From NCBI GenBank assembly GCA_964589825.1, contig CAZPUS010000010.1:14862-78861 (forward strand): 64,000 nt of DNA. Reading direction: 5' to 3'. Below are positions 45,426 to 55,543 of this stretch, piece after piece. Source of the stretch: an uncultured Fibrobacterota bacterium (GTDB lineage Bacteria > Fibrobacterota > Chitinivibrionia > Chitinivibrionales > WJKA01). Position numbers and translations under genes: made by a program. A model generated the notes under the pieces. That model was not told where the DNA came from and made no database searches. It saw nothing but the letters and a program-made list of their open reading frames with translations. Position 1 is the stretch's first letter; each line of letters starts with the position of its first letter.

Positions 45426-47459
45426 TTATGTAAGCCCTTTACAAAAGTTGAATTCCTGTGTCCCTTTCGGACTCCTGCGGTCTTTATACGAATTCAGAAG
45501 ATTCTGTACAATATTTCTCGATGGTCGCAAAAAACTCAGATCGATAATAACGCGTTGTATACCCGCCTGCTCGAGGCCGTCCTGATGCCGAAACAAACAG
45601 AGCGGTTTTGCTCCCAGAAGCCAGGTGAGCCCGTATTTTGTGCCGATACGATAGCGCACCCCACGCGGATCGTTCACCTCTGTTCCGGGCTTAAGGCTTG
45701 ATTCCACTCGCGAAATGCATGCCGGTACATACCCGTAGATATACGCCATGCCATTGGGCAAATGACAGCGGGATATATTGCCCCTGTCATCCTCCATTGC
45801 GCAAGCTACTGCATCACAGCCAAATTCCTCGAGTTGCAAAATTGCAGCGTTGTTCATACAGCCAGACACCATCCCGTCCCAACACACAAGGTCATTTCGT
45901 GCGGTAAGTGCAAAATGAGCCATATTGCTTACAAAAAATGATCGTATATCACTTTTTCTGCAACGGATAAGAAGCGCTTTCCAGGCATTACATTCATCGC
46001 CGTATACTACCGGCGGAAGCTGCACCCACATTTTGTTTTTCCATGCACGCATCAGTTTTGAATCCCGCAAAACCCCCTGTATCTGCCTGCGGGTGCACGA
46101 AAGGATGCATCCGTCTATATGCTTCTGATTGAGAAAGGAAAACCATTTCAGCGAATCGAGTTTAATCAGAATTCTTGGTTTTGTACGGCGTTTTGCCTTA
46201 TGCGGATCGGCTTTCTGATATGGTTGCACGATTTTCTGAATCCGTTTTTTATCGATACGCACAGATACCCGGGGCAGCTTTCTTTGTGCCGCCTTATTGA
46301 GCATACGCCGCAGAGAATATTCACTCGTGAGAAAAATCCGGTCCTGAGAACGCACACGACGGATATCGATATCGACCTTCAGAGACAATTGTTTCTTCTT
46401 TCTGTCAACGGCCAAGACACTGGCGCTAAAGCCCTGCTCCCCATTTTTCGGCTGAATCCGCACTTTATCTTTTTTCCGCACATCTATATGCGCAGGGACA
46501 ATTGTTATCCATTCTTTTTTTGTCCCTGCGACCTTTCCGATAAATCTGCCGGTTGCTCCGGCCTGCCGGGACTGCAGTACCGATGAAGAAGAGTCATCCA
46601 GAAGAAAAAAGGTTGTCTTCTCCCGGCCTCCGTCCTGACGTGCCAGTTGCGTATTTCTTTCCGCATTGTTCCCGTTGTCGAGCACGTCTCGATACGCTCT
46701 CGTAACCCGGTGCACATATTCAGCACTCTTCATCCTGCCCTCGATTTTAATGCTGTGCACACCGGCACGTATCAACTCCCTGCAATGATCGATCATACAC
46801 AGGTCTTTCATGGAGAAATAAAATCTCCCGGTTTTTGCGTTGCCGTAGCGTCGCCGGCATGCCTGCGCACACCTCCCCCGGTTCGCGCTCATTCCGCCGC
46901 AGTAACTGCTTGCAAGACACAATCCCGAAATGCTGTAGCATAGAGCGCCGTGTCCAAAAACTTCTATCTCTGCGTCGGTTCGCGAAACAATTTCAGCTAT
47001 TTCACCGATGGAGAGTTCTCGGGCCAGTACAACTCTACGGATACCGTAACCACTCAAAAAATCGACACCTTCACTGTTATGAATTGCCATCTGCGTGCTG
47101 GCATGAATTTTAAGGGCAGGAAACTCCGTGCGCAAAACCCGCAAAACACCCGCATCCTGTATGATAGCCGCATCGACTTTTGCCTCGTGTAACCCGTACA
47201 GTAGTGAGGCGACTTCCGTCAGTTCACGCTGCTTCACGAGCGTATTGACGGTGGCATATACCCTGACGCCTCTTTCATGGGCGAATTCGGTAAGTGCAGC
47301 GAGCGTTTGTATATCAAAATTCTGTGCCCTCAGCCGTGCGTTATGCGCCCCGACTCCGCAATAAATTGCGTCAGCACCGGCCTCTACCGCGGCAAAAAAG
47401 CTTTCTCTGTTACCGGCAGGGGCACATAACTCCGGTATTGTGTTCTGTGTCGTATCCAT
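45426..47459 (-). CDS. peptidase U32 family protein (long form)
   Basis: 677 aa. It has an N-terminal ELCAPAGNRESFFAAVEAGADAIYCG and a Cys-rich HGALCYSISGLCLASSYCGGMSANRGRCAQACR, typical of the U32 (collagenase/RlhA/UbiU-V) family. Confidence 0.8.
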   Translation of the reverse strand: MDTTQNTIPELCAPAGNRESFFAAVEAGADAIYCGVGAHNARLRAQNFDIQTLAALTEFAHERGVRVYATVNTLVKQRELTEVASLLYGLHEAKVDAAIIQDAGVLRVLRTEFPALKIHASTQMAIHNSEGVDFLSGYGIRRVVLARELSIGEIAEIVSRTDAEIEVFGHGALCYSISGLCLASSYCGGMSANRGRCAQACRRRYGNAKTGRFYFSMKDLCMIDHCRELIRAGVHSIKIEGRMKSAEYVHRVTRAYRDVLDNGNNAERNTQLARQDGGREKTTFFLLDDSSSSVLQSRQAGATGRFIGKVAGTKKEWITIVPAHIDVRKKDKVRIQPKNGEQGFSASVLAVDRKKKQLSLKVDIDIRRVRSQDRIFLTSEYSLRRMLNKAAQRKLPRVSVRIDKKRIQKIVQPYQKADPHKAKRRTKPRILIKLDSLKWFSFLNQKHIDGCILSCTRRQIQGVLRDSKLMRAWKNKMWVQLPPVVYGDECNAWKALLIRCRKSDIRSFFVSNMAHFALTARNDLVCWDGMVSGCMNNAAILQLEEFGCDAVACAMEDDRGNISRCHLPNGMAYIYGYVPACISRVESSLKPGTEVNDPRGVRYRIGTKYGLTWLLGAKPLCLFRHQDGLEQAGIQRVIIDLSFLRPSRNIVQNLLNSYKDRRSPKGTQEFNFCKGLT

Positions 47460-47469
47460 CTCTTCCGAC

Positions 47470-48336
47470 TTACTTATCCGAGACTATATCAGGCGACAAT
47501 TGCTGCTGGGTAAGCCCCAGTTTCTGTGCGAATCGCGTATACTCCTTCTCACTCAGCGACACCGGCGACCCGGTGATTATATCTTTTAATGCACCGATCT
47601 CTTTCGCACTCAGGCTGCATCCCTTACGGATGTGTATATCGAACGACTCCATTGCCATCGGCACTATCGCAGAGGCTATCTCATGAATAACTATGGCATA
47701 TTCTCTAATTTCCTTCTGTGCGTGGGGATCGAGACGTAATTTAAGAAAATGCATGAGATTGTGCAAATCTATCTGCCAATACCACTCGGTATAGATACTC
47801 AGCGGAAGGTTGACACGTGCAAGTTCTCTTGCGATGCCTTTTTCGATACGCGCACGGTATTGCTCGTATGAATGGGTCTGCTCATTTTCAAGGGTGGACC
47901 TTATTTCCTCACGCATTCCGTTTGACAACTGCGCCGATGTATCCCTTCCCTGCTTGTTATCGGTACTTTGAAGTGCGACATCTTCTTTTTGGGGTACATA
48001 AAACGCATCGTCCATCACACTGTAGCGGCCGGATATTTCGTTGACCCGGGCGGTACGATGCCGAATCCACTGACGTGCAACAAAAATGGGCAACTTGACA
48101 TGAAACGTCATCACGATCTGCTCGAATGGTGAAGTGTGTTCGTTTCTCAGAAGGTAATCGATCAGGGCCCTGTCCTGACGCACCGTCTTGGTCCCCCTGC
48201 CATACGATACTCGCGCAGACTGCACGATGCGCTCATCACTGCCCATATAATCGACAAGGCGCACAAATCCCTTATCTAGAACCCGATATTCTTTATCCAA
48301 TATTCGTTCAGCTTCTTCTCTGTGATTATGAGCCAA
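47470..48336 (-). CDS. thyX: FAD-dependent thymidylate synthase
   Basis: 288 aa with the ThyX motif RHRTARVNEISGRYS (RHRxxSxxxxSxR). Confidence 0.9.
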   Translation of the reverse strand: MAHNHREEAERILDKEYRVLDKGFVRLVDYMGSDERIVQSARVSYGRGTKTVRQDRALIDYLLRNEHTSPFEQIVMTFHVKLPIFVARQWIRHRTARVNEISGRYSVMDDAFYVPQKEDVALQSTDNKQGRDTSAQLSNGMREEIRSTLENEQTHSYEQYRARIEKGIARELARVNLPLSIYTEWYWQIDLHNLMHFLKLRLDPHAQKEIREYAIVIHEIASAIVPMAMESFDIHIRKGCSLSAKEIGALKDIITGSPVSLSEKEYTRFAQKLGLTQQQLSPDIVSDK

Positions 48337-48380
48337 TTTTTTTCCTTCCGTTGTATGTATACAATAAAAAATATATATAA

Positions 48381-49274
48381 TCAGTACTCGATCGCGCCTC
48401 TGTACCGCTTATGATACCAACCGAACCAGTGTGCCGGATATTCCCTTATCCAGCCTGATATCATGTCGTTATGGCGCCTCTGAATATCCTCCACAGTTGC
48501 ATGGGCTTCACTATCCCGATCGAGACGCTCCAACACGATACGATACGTGCCATCACGCTTCATGACACAACGAGCTCCGATAACCGCGCATTCGGTCTTT
48601 TTACATACCGCCGCAATAGCCCGTGTGGTATTTGCCGGTTTTGACAGAAAGGGGATCCGGGTGCCATGCCTGCCTGCATGCTGATCAATAAGCGCAGCGA
48701 CCACCTGATTACGCCCGAGTATTCGACGAATTTTTTTCATGGCGCCTCGCTGAAATACTGGTACGGTTCCGGTTCGCTTTCGTCTGCGAAGCAACCAGCC
48801 CTGCACATAGGGGTTTTTCATAGGCTTAAACAGCACATGGAGTCCTTCGATGCGGCTTCCGAATATATCGGCAAGCAATTCCCAGTTGCCAATATGTGCA
48901 CATATTACCACTACGCCACGGTTCTTTTTGATTGCGGCATCGATACTCTCTTCATTCTCGATTTCATATTCCGGCATCCGTCTGTATTGCATCAAAAATT
49001 CGACAAAATAGATACACGTATTGCGGTAAAGCTGACGAATCAGCCGGGATCGAAAAGCAGCATCGACTATATCGACGTGTGCCATATTACACTCTACAAC
49101 GCGACGATATACGTTCATCCTGTAAAGCACATAGCCGATCACCGCACCACAACCACGTGCCGTACTTCGGGGTATGATACTCACCACCAACTCGAAAAAA
49201 CGCAGCACTATATACTCACCTGCGTGACCGATCTTTTTCCTTATTTTTTTTATTCTTTTCATAACTACCTGCAT
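48381..49274 (-). CDS. lipid A biosynthesis (Kdo)2-lipid IVA acyltransferase-like (LpxL/HtrB family)
   Basis: 297 aa with an N-terminal TM segment, the acyltransferase HX4D/E motif CAHIGNWE, and AALIDQHAG. Confidence 0.75.
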   Translation of the reverse strand: MQVVMKRIKKIRKKIGHAGEYIVLRFFELVVSIIPRSTARGCGAVIGYVLYRMNVYRRVVECNMAHVDIVDAAFRSRLIRQLYRNTCIYFVEFLMQYRRMPEYEIENEESIDAAIKKNRGVVVICAHIGNWELLADIFGSRIEGLHVLFKPMKNPYVQGWLLRRRKRTGTVPVFQRGAMKKIRRILGRNQVVAALIDQHAGRHGTRIPFLSKPANTTRAIAAVCKKTECAVIGARCVMKRDGTYRIVLERLDRDSEAHATVEDIQRRHNDMISGWIREYPAHWFGWYHKRYRGAIEY

Positions 49275-49541
49275 CTAATGCAGAATGGATGGCAGGGAAA
49301 ATAGCTTACGGGATCTACCATATCCGAAACGCGCATAGAAAATACCGAAAATTCCGAAGAACAATTTGTACACATCTACAACCCGTTCTGTTACAAAAAA
49401 CCAAGATACCCAGCTGCAGCTTACTACCTTCATGATAACCTTATACCTGTATTGAACGATTCCCCTTGTAAAAGCTGCTGCCATCCGCACTGCGATTATC
49501 TGCGCATTACCGTTGTGGAAAAAATCGTGTTCCGAATTCAT
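49275..49541 (-). CDS. possible small hydrophobic protein
   Basis: 88-aa ORF. Its stop abuts the start codon of the downstream acyltransferase gene, and its 5' end overlaps the upstream gene by 35 nt. Hydrophobic stretches are VVSCSWVSWFFV and LFFGIFGIFYARFG. No family recognised. Confidence 0.3.
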   Translation of the reverse strand: MNSEHDFFHNGNAQIIAVRMAAAFTRGIVQYRYKVIMKVVSCSWVSWFFVTERVVDVYKLFFGIFGIFYARFGYGRSRKLFSLPSILH

Positions 49542-50688
49542 TGTTACACAGCTTCAAAATATCCGCGATCCTGTGCATATAGGTATGATGTGTTCGCACA
49601 TGGGCGCATCCCCGTTGAGCAATTTCTCTTCGCAATGTTTCATTTGCCAGATAATAGTCGATAAGAGCTTCCAACTGCTGTGGGGTTTCGTAAACCGCAA
49701 GCTGCTGCCTGGGTCCCCGTGTATGGAAATACTCGAATACACACGGTTTGGCGCTGCTAATAATAAAACAGCCGGCAGAAAGACAATCAAATATCCGTTG
49801 TGTGAATCCGTCCCGAATAACGACGCGGTTAATATCGAGATTTACCCGTGTCTGTTGATAGGTAGTGCATAGATTTTTATAATATCCGACATTCGCAGAG
49901 ACCTTGCTTTTCGGAAGATCGTGTACCCACAATGCATCACCGAATACCACAAAATCCTCATATCGGTCGGCGAGAGAAACAACCGTTGATTTGCGATACA
50001 AATAGCCTGTAAAATGCTTCACTATAAAAACGAGTTTTTCGAATGAAACCGGAAATGGCCTTCGTGCTCCTGACTGCAAAAGCTTTTGCACCTCCTGATC
50101 CAGATTAATGCGAAGATTCCTCCGGTATCGTTGCAGCAACTGCTGAAGTATATCCTGAATACTCTCCAGATAATCACCACATTCCATCACAAACCTGTCG
50201 ATCAGTTCTCTGTATGAATTACCCACAAAACAGGCATCGCGCTCGGGCAGGACCCCCGCTGAAGGATAAAACAGCGATGCGTCTGTGGCGAGTGGTACAA
50301 AAAAAACACGATACCCAAGACGACGCAATGGCTGGACGTATCCTCTGTCAGAAACCAGGGTGAGACGGTTCGCAAGAGGACTGTAATAATAGCCGCGCAT
50401 TTTCCTGTAGTAAAGAGGATCATCCACGCACCAGTCAATATGGGCGATATCGTTTTTCAGCAAAAAATATTCGAGAATACCCTCGGTATCCATGCCCCAG
50501 TCATTAATGGTAACGAGTATTCCCACACGATGTTTTTGTAACACAGCGCAGGTTTTTTCCGCACTGCATGCATCGACAACCTCTGCGGTTTGCAGCACGA
50601 TACACCGTACATTGGCACACTTTCGGAACGCATTACAAACCTCACGTTGAACAAGATTACCCTGATATAAAAAAGCAACGTTTACCAT
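49507..50688 (-). CDS. CgeB-family / DUF3880-type glycosyltransferase-like protein
   Basis: 393 aa. The C-terminal GT1-like segment GFTQRIFDCLSAGCFIISS...LAVYETPQQLEALIDYYLANETLRREIAQRGCAHVRTHHTYMHR matches the CgeB-type pattern. Confidence 0.65.
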   Translation of the reverse strand: MVNVAFLYQGNLVQREVCNAFRKCANVRCIVLQTAEVVDACSAEKTCAVLQKHRVGILVTINDWGMDTEGILEYFLLKNDIAHIDWCVDDPLYYRKMRGYYYSPLANRLTLVSDRGYVQPLRRLGYRVFFVPLATDASLFYPSAGVLPERDACFVGNSYRELIDRFVMECGDYLESIQDILQQLLQRYRRNLRINLDQEVQKLLQSGARRPFPVSFEKLVFIVKHFTGYLYRKSTVVSLADRYEDFVVFGDALWVHDLPKSKVSANVGYYKNLCTTYQQTRVNLDINRVVIRDGFTQRIFDCLSAGCFIISSAKPCVFEYFHTRGPRQQLAVYETPQQLEALIDYYLANETLRREIAQRGCAHVRTHHTYMHRIADILKLCNNEFGTRFFPQR

Positions 50689-50720
50689 AAAAAAAAGCCG
50701 CTTTCCATCTGAAAAGCGGC
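50689..50720 (-). terminator. intrinsic terminator after the HU gene
   Basis: On the minus strand: GCCGCTTT, loop TCAGATGG, AAAGCGGC, then TTTTTTTT (plus-strand stem 50697-50704 / 50713-50720, A8 at 50689-50696). Confidence 0.75.
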
Positions 50721-50751
50721 CCTCGTTTACCCGATATAAATTTGTCGGATC

Positions 50752-51009
50752 TTACTTAAAGGTAGAGCTGGGTTTAAATTTCACCATTTTCTTTGCACCG
50801 ATACGAATCTTTTCGCCTGTCTGCGGATTACGGCCCGAGCGTGCTTTACGCTTTACCGTAGTAAACGTACCGAATCCAATAAGGCGTACTCCGCTTTTCT
50901 TTGTATTCTTTTTGATGTTGTCAAGCACGGAGTTGACCACTCTTTCGGTCGCGGCTTTGCTTTGTTTTGTCTCCTTGGCTACCGCTTCGACCAGTTCGGC
51001 TTTGTTCAT
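50752..51009 (-). CDS. hup: DNA-binding protein HU
   Basis: 85 aa. MNKAELVEAVA...GFGTFTTVKRKARSGRNPQTGEKIRIGAKKMVKFKPS is the canonical HU/IHF fold sequence. A strong AAGGAGG lies upstream. Confidence 0.95.
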   Translation of the reverse strand: MNKAELVEAVAKETKQSKAATERVVNSVLDNIKKNTKKSGVRLIGFGTFTTVKRKARSGRNPQTGEKIRIGAKKMVKFKPSSTFK

Positions 51010-51161
51010 GAAACCCTCCTTTAAAATGATACTGTAATTAGGTTGTTTGATTTAAATATATGTATTTTGAAAACCAGTGTCAAGTTTTTTGGCTCTCCGC
51101 ATTACCGGGCACGCTTCGGGGATTTGTCACACATGCGAAAGCCCCCTGCATTTTCTCCGGC

Positions 51162-52055
51162 TCAGTTCCCTACACTCTTTTTTGTCAAGCTTTTATCCAT
51201 TGTCATTCGCGCTATCGCGGGTGCCCGTGGTGTTTTGTTTCGACAATCGATCAATGTGACACATGCTCCTCTTGCGCCCCAGACTGCAGGATTTGTGTGT
51301 TTATAAAGAGCAAAAACATTCACACCGAGCGCCGCAGCAAGATGTGTAATGCCGGAATCGTTACCAATATAGCACTTTGTTCTGCACTGTAAATAACGCG
51401 CAACACGACCGATTGAAAACCCGCACAGCCTACGAAACGCAGGAAACAAGTCGTGCAGCTGCTCCTCTGCAGGCCCCAGAAGATATTTAACAGAATTTAC
51501 CCCCATTTCCATAAGACATGCAGCAATTTCTTTGTAAAAAGCGGGCGAATAATTTTTTTTTACACTTCCGCTACCCGGGTGAATAACGACATCGTTACAT
51601 GAATCGATATCTGCGTTGTCTTCCATGAGCAGGCATGTATTTTTCGTTGCACTTTTTTCAACACCAAAAACACCGGCTAACGTTGTCATGTAATAATCTG
51701 AAATGTGATAATCTATATCTGGAAACGGCGTAACCGCCGCAACCGGCCCACGGACGCCGCTCAACTGCAGAAGCCGTTGAATCGATCGGGAATGGGCAAG
51801 AAACAATACCGCACCACCAATCTCCCCAAGCTGTCGCGGGACGGCCTTCGCGGCAAAAAACGGCATCAGCTCTTTTTTTTCAGCATCCATCCATTCGTCA
51901 AGCAGCCCCAGATCAACAGCAAGCTGCATATACGATGGTTTTCCAATACCGAGGAACCTCATTTCAGGCAATAGCTGCCTTGCTAAACGCAGAGAGTTCC
52001 AGGTACACACAAAATCCCCAAGCGCCCCTCTGTGACATACGACAAATGTCTTCAT
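51162..52055 (-). CDS. family-9 glycosyltransferase (heptosyltransferase-like), short form
   Basis: 297 aa with GALGDFV, VVIHPGSGS and GNDSGITHLAAALGVNVFALYKHTNPAVWG. Confidence 0.75.
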   Translation of the reverse strand: MKTFVVCHRGALGDFVCTWNSLRLARQLLPEMRFLGIGKPSYMQLAVDLGLLDEWMDAEKKELMPFFAAKAVPRQLGEIGGAVLFLAHSRSIQRLLQLSGVRGPVAAVTPFPDIDYHISDYYMTTLAGVFGVEKSATKNTCLLMEDNADIDSCNDVVIHPGSGSVKKNYSPAFYKEIAACLMEMGVNSVKYLLGPAEEQLHDLFPAFRRLCGFSIGRVARYLQCRTKCYIGNDSGITHLAAALGVNVFALYKHTNPAVWGARGACVTLIDCRNKTPRAPAIARMTMDKSLTKKSVGN

Positions 52056-52114
52056 AATTGTATGGCATTAACCGTGGTTATGAATGTGATTTTTTCTCAT
52101 ACGAATTGTATAGG

Positions 52115-52195
52115 ACCCAAATTGAGCGATGGGCTTCGAAAACAGAATAGCAGCACGGCTCACCGCAGCTTTTACAAAATAATCGCTCAATTTAA
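52115..52195 (+). repeat. internally deleted (81-nt) member of the inverted-repeat element family, copy E
   Basis: There is a perfect 12-bp inverted repeat AAATTGAGCGAT (52118-52129) / ATCGCTCAATTT (52181-52192). The 5' end CCCAAATTGAGCGATGG matches copy A in 13 of 17 positions. The 3' end GCAGCTTTTACAAAATAATCGCTCAATTTAAG parallels copy D ACAGATTCCGCTTACAAAACCGCTCAATTCAGG. Confidence 0.6.
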
Positions 52196-52208
52196 GACAT
52201 ATATGTTT

Positions 52209-52248
52209 AATTAAAAACGGCCTTCACAACACAAATTGCGAAGGCCGT
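52209..52248 (-). terminator. intrinsic terminator after the DUF2914-like gene
   Basis: ACGGCCTTC (52217-52225) / GAAGGCCGT (52240-52248) form a perfect 9-bp stem with a 14-nt loop. The minus strand continues TTTTAATT. It lies 24 nt after the stop at 52272. Confidence 0.7.
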
Positions 52249-52271
52249 ATATTCTTAGACGTTACGAGCCA

Positions 52272-52943
52272 TTACTCTATCGAAAAAGAGACGTCTTTCA
52301 TTACAGCCCCTGTTTCGCCATCGATAATTTCCACACGCCAGGTTCCCTTGGATCCCGGCTCAACAGCACGTAGACTGTAGGTACGAAAACTCGGTGACCA
52401 GACCGAAAGCGGTACACTTCCTACCGCCTTTCCATCTTTGTACCATTTGTGAAGCACTGTCACACTGTCTTTTGCACCCTTTATATGGGAAAAACAATAC
52501 ACTTTGCCGACATCTGCGGGAAAGGCATTCGATTTGCCCTTTGGTTCATGATTTACCACATTTTCACATATGGATGCTCGTGCGACTTCGAGTTCGGCAC
52601 TTCCTTCTTTCGATTGCTTCACGTTCTCCTCCTGTGCCCCCTGCATCTCGGCGGCTTTCTTCTTTCCGGCCTTGTTTGACACCGCGTTCTTTTCCGATGG
52701 CTTAGTTTCGGCAACTTCCTTCTTTTCGTATGCCTTTTCTTTTTGTGAGGCACCGTCCTTTTTTTCCTCTTTGGTTTCCTGTTTTTCAGCTTCTTCTTTG
52801 GACGGCTGCGCTGTTTCAGCATTCTCTTTCATCTCTTTTTTCTCAGCCGCAGCAGGCACATCTTCGCTCTCTTTTGCCTTATCCGCCGCAATACCCGCCA
52901 CTACTACGCATGTGATATACACTATCACTGTAGCTATGCGCAT
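52272..52943 (-). CDS. membrane-anchored protein with Lys/Glu-rich linker and C-terminal DUF2914-like domain
   Basis: 223 aa. An N-terminal anchor (MRIATVIVYITCVVVAGIA) is followed by a KE-rich low-complexity region. The C-terminus VYCFSHIKGAKDSVTVLHKWYKDGKAVGSVPLSVWSPSFRTYS...GTWRVEIIDGETG matches the DUF2914 pattern. Confidence 0.65.
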   Translation of the reverse strand: MRIATVIVYITCVVVAGIAADKAKESEDVPAAAEKKEMKENAETAQPSKEEAEKQETKEEKKDGASQKEKAYEKKEVAETKPSEKNAVSNKAGKKKAAEMQGAQEENVKQSKEGSAELEVARASICENVVNHEPKGKSNAFPADVGKVYCFSHIKGAKDSVTVLHKWYKDGKAVGSVPLSVWSPSFRTYSLRAVEPGSKGTWRVEIIDGETGAVMKDVSFSIE

Positions 52944-53031
52944 AACTCCTCCTTTGTTTTGGTTATAATGAAACAGACCTCCTGTCGCGTCTTTACAAGG
53001 GGCACTGATATTTCTATACCATGCAACATAA

Positions 53032-53874
53032 TCACTTTACAAAGGAATATAACAAGCGGATTTCTTCGGGCCACAATTCAGGTTCCGGTGTTTCCAGAAT
53101 CATGGGTATCTCATCAAACCGGCTGTCCTGGACAAAAAACCTGAATCCGTCCCATCCTATCTGCCCGCTGCCAAGTGTTTCATGACGATCGATTTTTGAT
53201 CCAAGCTCGCGTTTTGCATCATTGAGATGAATCGCACTCAAATACTCCAGGCCGATTATGCGGTCGAATTCTTCAAACGTCGACTCGAATGCATTTTTGG
53301 TGCGGATATTGTATCCCGCCGCAAACGCATGGCACGTATCGTAACAAACGCCTATGCGATCTTTGTCTTCTATAGCATCGATCATGTATCGCAGGTGACT
53401 GAAGCTGTAGCCGACATTAGTTCCCTGCCCGGCGGTTATTTCCAGCAGCACTTTAACTTTTTTGCTGCGGCGCAACCCCTCATTTATTCCCGCCGTGATA
53501 TGGTCCATGCATCTCTCCTCCGCTTTCTCCTTCAAACGACTCCCGGGATGTATATTCAGACATCCAAGTCCGAGTTGTTCGCATCGATGCAGTTCATCCA
53601 GAAACGATCGGAATGATTTTTCCCGCTTATCTTCATCGGGATTGCCAAGATTTACCAGGTACCCCTCATGTGGTACAATACTGGACACAGGATACTTTTC
53701 TTTTTTCCGGGCCTGTACAAACGCGTCAATACTCTCCTTTGACAATGACGATCCGAAAAAGCTCTTCGGGTTTTTTGTAAAAAGGGCAAAGGCCGTTGCC
53801 CCGATTTCCTTAGCCCGTATACAGGCCTTTTCGAGACCACCGGCGGTACTGACATGCGCACCGATTCGAATCAT
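53032..53874 (-). CDS. nfo: deoxyribonuclease IV (endonuclease IV)
   Basis: 280 aa with MIRIGAHVSTAGGL, NIHPGS, LLEITAGQG, CYDTCHAFAAGY and IHLNDAK. Confidence 0.9.
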   Translation of the reverse strand: MIRIGAHVSTAGGLEKACIRAKEIGATAFALFTKNPKSFFGSSLSKESIDAFVQARKKEKYPVSSIVPHEGYLVNLGNPDEDKREKSFRSFLDELHRCEQLGLGCLNIHPGSRLKEKAEERCMDHITAGINEGLRRSKKVKVLLEITAGQGTNVGYSFSHLRYMIDAIEDKDRIGVCYDTCHAFAAGYNIRTKNAFESTFEEFDRIIGLEYLSAIHLNDAKRELGSKIDRHETLGSGQIGWDGFRFFVQDSRFDEIPMILETPEPELWPEEIRLLYSFVK

Positions 53875-53920
53875 ATGTGTTCCTCATTATCATATAACCT
53901 GGGATAAAACAACTGCGTAA

Positions 53921-55543
53921 TCATTTATTCTGTGGGACACAGTTTTCACATATTGCACCGATAAATCCTTTGAATAACGGATGCGGCTGAATTGGCCGGG
54001 ATTTGAACTCGGGATGGAATTGTGACGCAACAAACCAGGGATGATCCGGTATTTCGCATATCTCCACGAGCATACCGTCCGGAGAAAGACCGGAAAGTAC
54101 CATTCCCGCCTTTTCAAACTTTTCTTTATAGGCAGTATTAAATTCATACCGATGGCGATGCCGTTCACTGATATCCTCACATCCGTATAATTCACGGGCC
54201 CGCGTTCCTTTTACAAGCTTGCAGGGAAAGGCTCCCAGACGCATGGTGCCGCCGAGGTTCATCACTTTTTTCTGCTTCTCCATCAAATGTATGACCGGAT
54301 TTTCGGTCTGTGGCATAAGCTCAGCACTTTGCGCATCCGACAAACCGAGCACATTTCGCGCAAACTCCACCACCGCCATCTGCATGCCGAAACAAATGCC
54401 GAGAAATGGTATCCTATTCTCACGGGCGTACTTAACTGCACATATTTTGCCTTCACATCCGCGTTTGCCGAATCCGTGAGGAACTAGTATGCCGTCCGCA
54501 TCACTAAGCATTTCCGCGATCTGTGTTTCATCCATATCCTCGAAGCGTTCTGAAGAAATACTTTTGAGGTTCACTTTAGTCTGATGATGTGCTCCCGCAT
54601 GAAACAACGCCTCGTGGATTGACTTGTACGAATCGACCAATTCGGCGTATTTACCTACAATAGCCACCGTCAGCTCCCGTTCGGGGTTGATCACTCGATC
54701 GACATACTCTCGCCAGGGTTTGAGATTTCGGCGTTTGCTGTTAAGACCCAGCGCATCCACGATAGAAAAATCGAGGTTCTGTGTCGCAAATTCAAGCGGT
54801 ACCTCATAAATGGTATTCGGTACATCGAAGGCCTCGACTACCATATCCGATTCAACATTACAAAATAGCGATATCTTTCTGCGAACCTCCTTATCCAGAC
54901 GCTTCTCGGTCCTGCAGATGAGCATATCCGGTACAATTCCTATTTCACGCAATCTTCCCACCGAATGCTGCGTCGGCTTGGTTTTCACCTCTCCCGCTTT
55001 ATGCAGATACGGTATAAGCGTCACATGAACAAAGAGTACATTACTCCGGCCACGTTCGAGACGAAACTGCCGCAGCGCTTCCAGAAACGGCAAACTCTCT
55101 ATGTCACCCACCGTACCGCCGATTTCACTGATTATCACATCGACATCCGGCGATTCGAGACTCCTTATACAATCACATATTTCATTGGTCACATGCGGGA
55201 CCACCTGAACGGTCCCTCCCAGATAATCACCTCGCCGTTCTTTTTTTATAATAGAATCATAAATTTTACCTGCGGTAAAATTACAGTTTCTGTTCGTGGA
55301 GATTCCGGTGAAGCGCTCATAATGACCAAGGTCGAGATCGGTCTCGGTCCCGTCGTCGGTCACATAAACTTCTCCGTGCTGATACGGATTCATGGTGCCG
55401 GGGTCTACATTGAGGTAAGGATCATATTTCTGATGTGCAACCCGAATTTTGCGTGATTTTAAAAGAAGCCCGATCGATGCGGCGGTAATTCCCTTGCCCA
55501 GTGATGATACAACTCCTCCGGTAACGAATATATACTTCGACAT
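53921..55543 (-). CDS. pyrG: CTP synthase
   Basis: 540 aa. It has [38 protein letters not shown], and the amidotransferase motifs GICFGMQ and HRHRYEFN. Confidence 0.97.
   Translation of the reverse strand: MSKYIFVTGGVVSSLGKGITAASIGLLLKSRKIRVAHQKYDPYLNVDPGTMNPYQHGEVYVTDDGTETDLDLGHYERFTGISTNRNCNFTAGKIYDSIIKKERRGDYLGGTVQVVPHVTNEICDCIRSLESPDVDVIISEIGGTVGDIESLPFLEALRQFRLERGRSNVLFVHVTLIPYLHKAGEVKTKPTQHSVGRLREIGIVPDMLICRTEKRLDKEVRRKISLFCNVESDMVVEAFDVPNTIYEVPLEFATQNLDFSIVDALGLNSKRRNLKPWREYVDRVINPERELTVAIVGKYAELVDSYKSIHEALFHAGAHHQTKVNLKSISSERFEDMDETQIAEMLSDADGILVPHGFGKRGCEGKICAVKYARENRIPFLGICFGMQMAVVEFARNVLGLSDAQSAELMPQTENPVIHLMEKQKKVMNLGGTMRLGAFPCKLVKGTRARELYGCEDISERHRHRYEFNTAYKEKFEKAGMVLSGLSPDGMLVEICEIPDHPWFVASQFHPEFKSRPIQPHPLFKGFIGAICENCVPQNK

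Noticed and set aside
45216-45701. 161-aa plus-strand ORF
   Set aside because: Its last 276 nt overlap the 3' end of the convergent U32 gene. It has no motifs, no ribosome-binding site and a Cys/Arg-rich odd composition.
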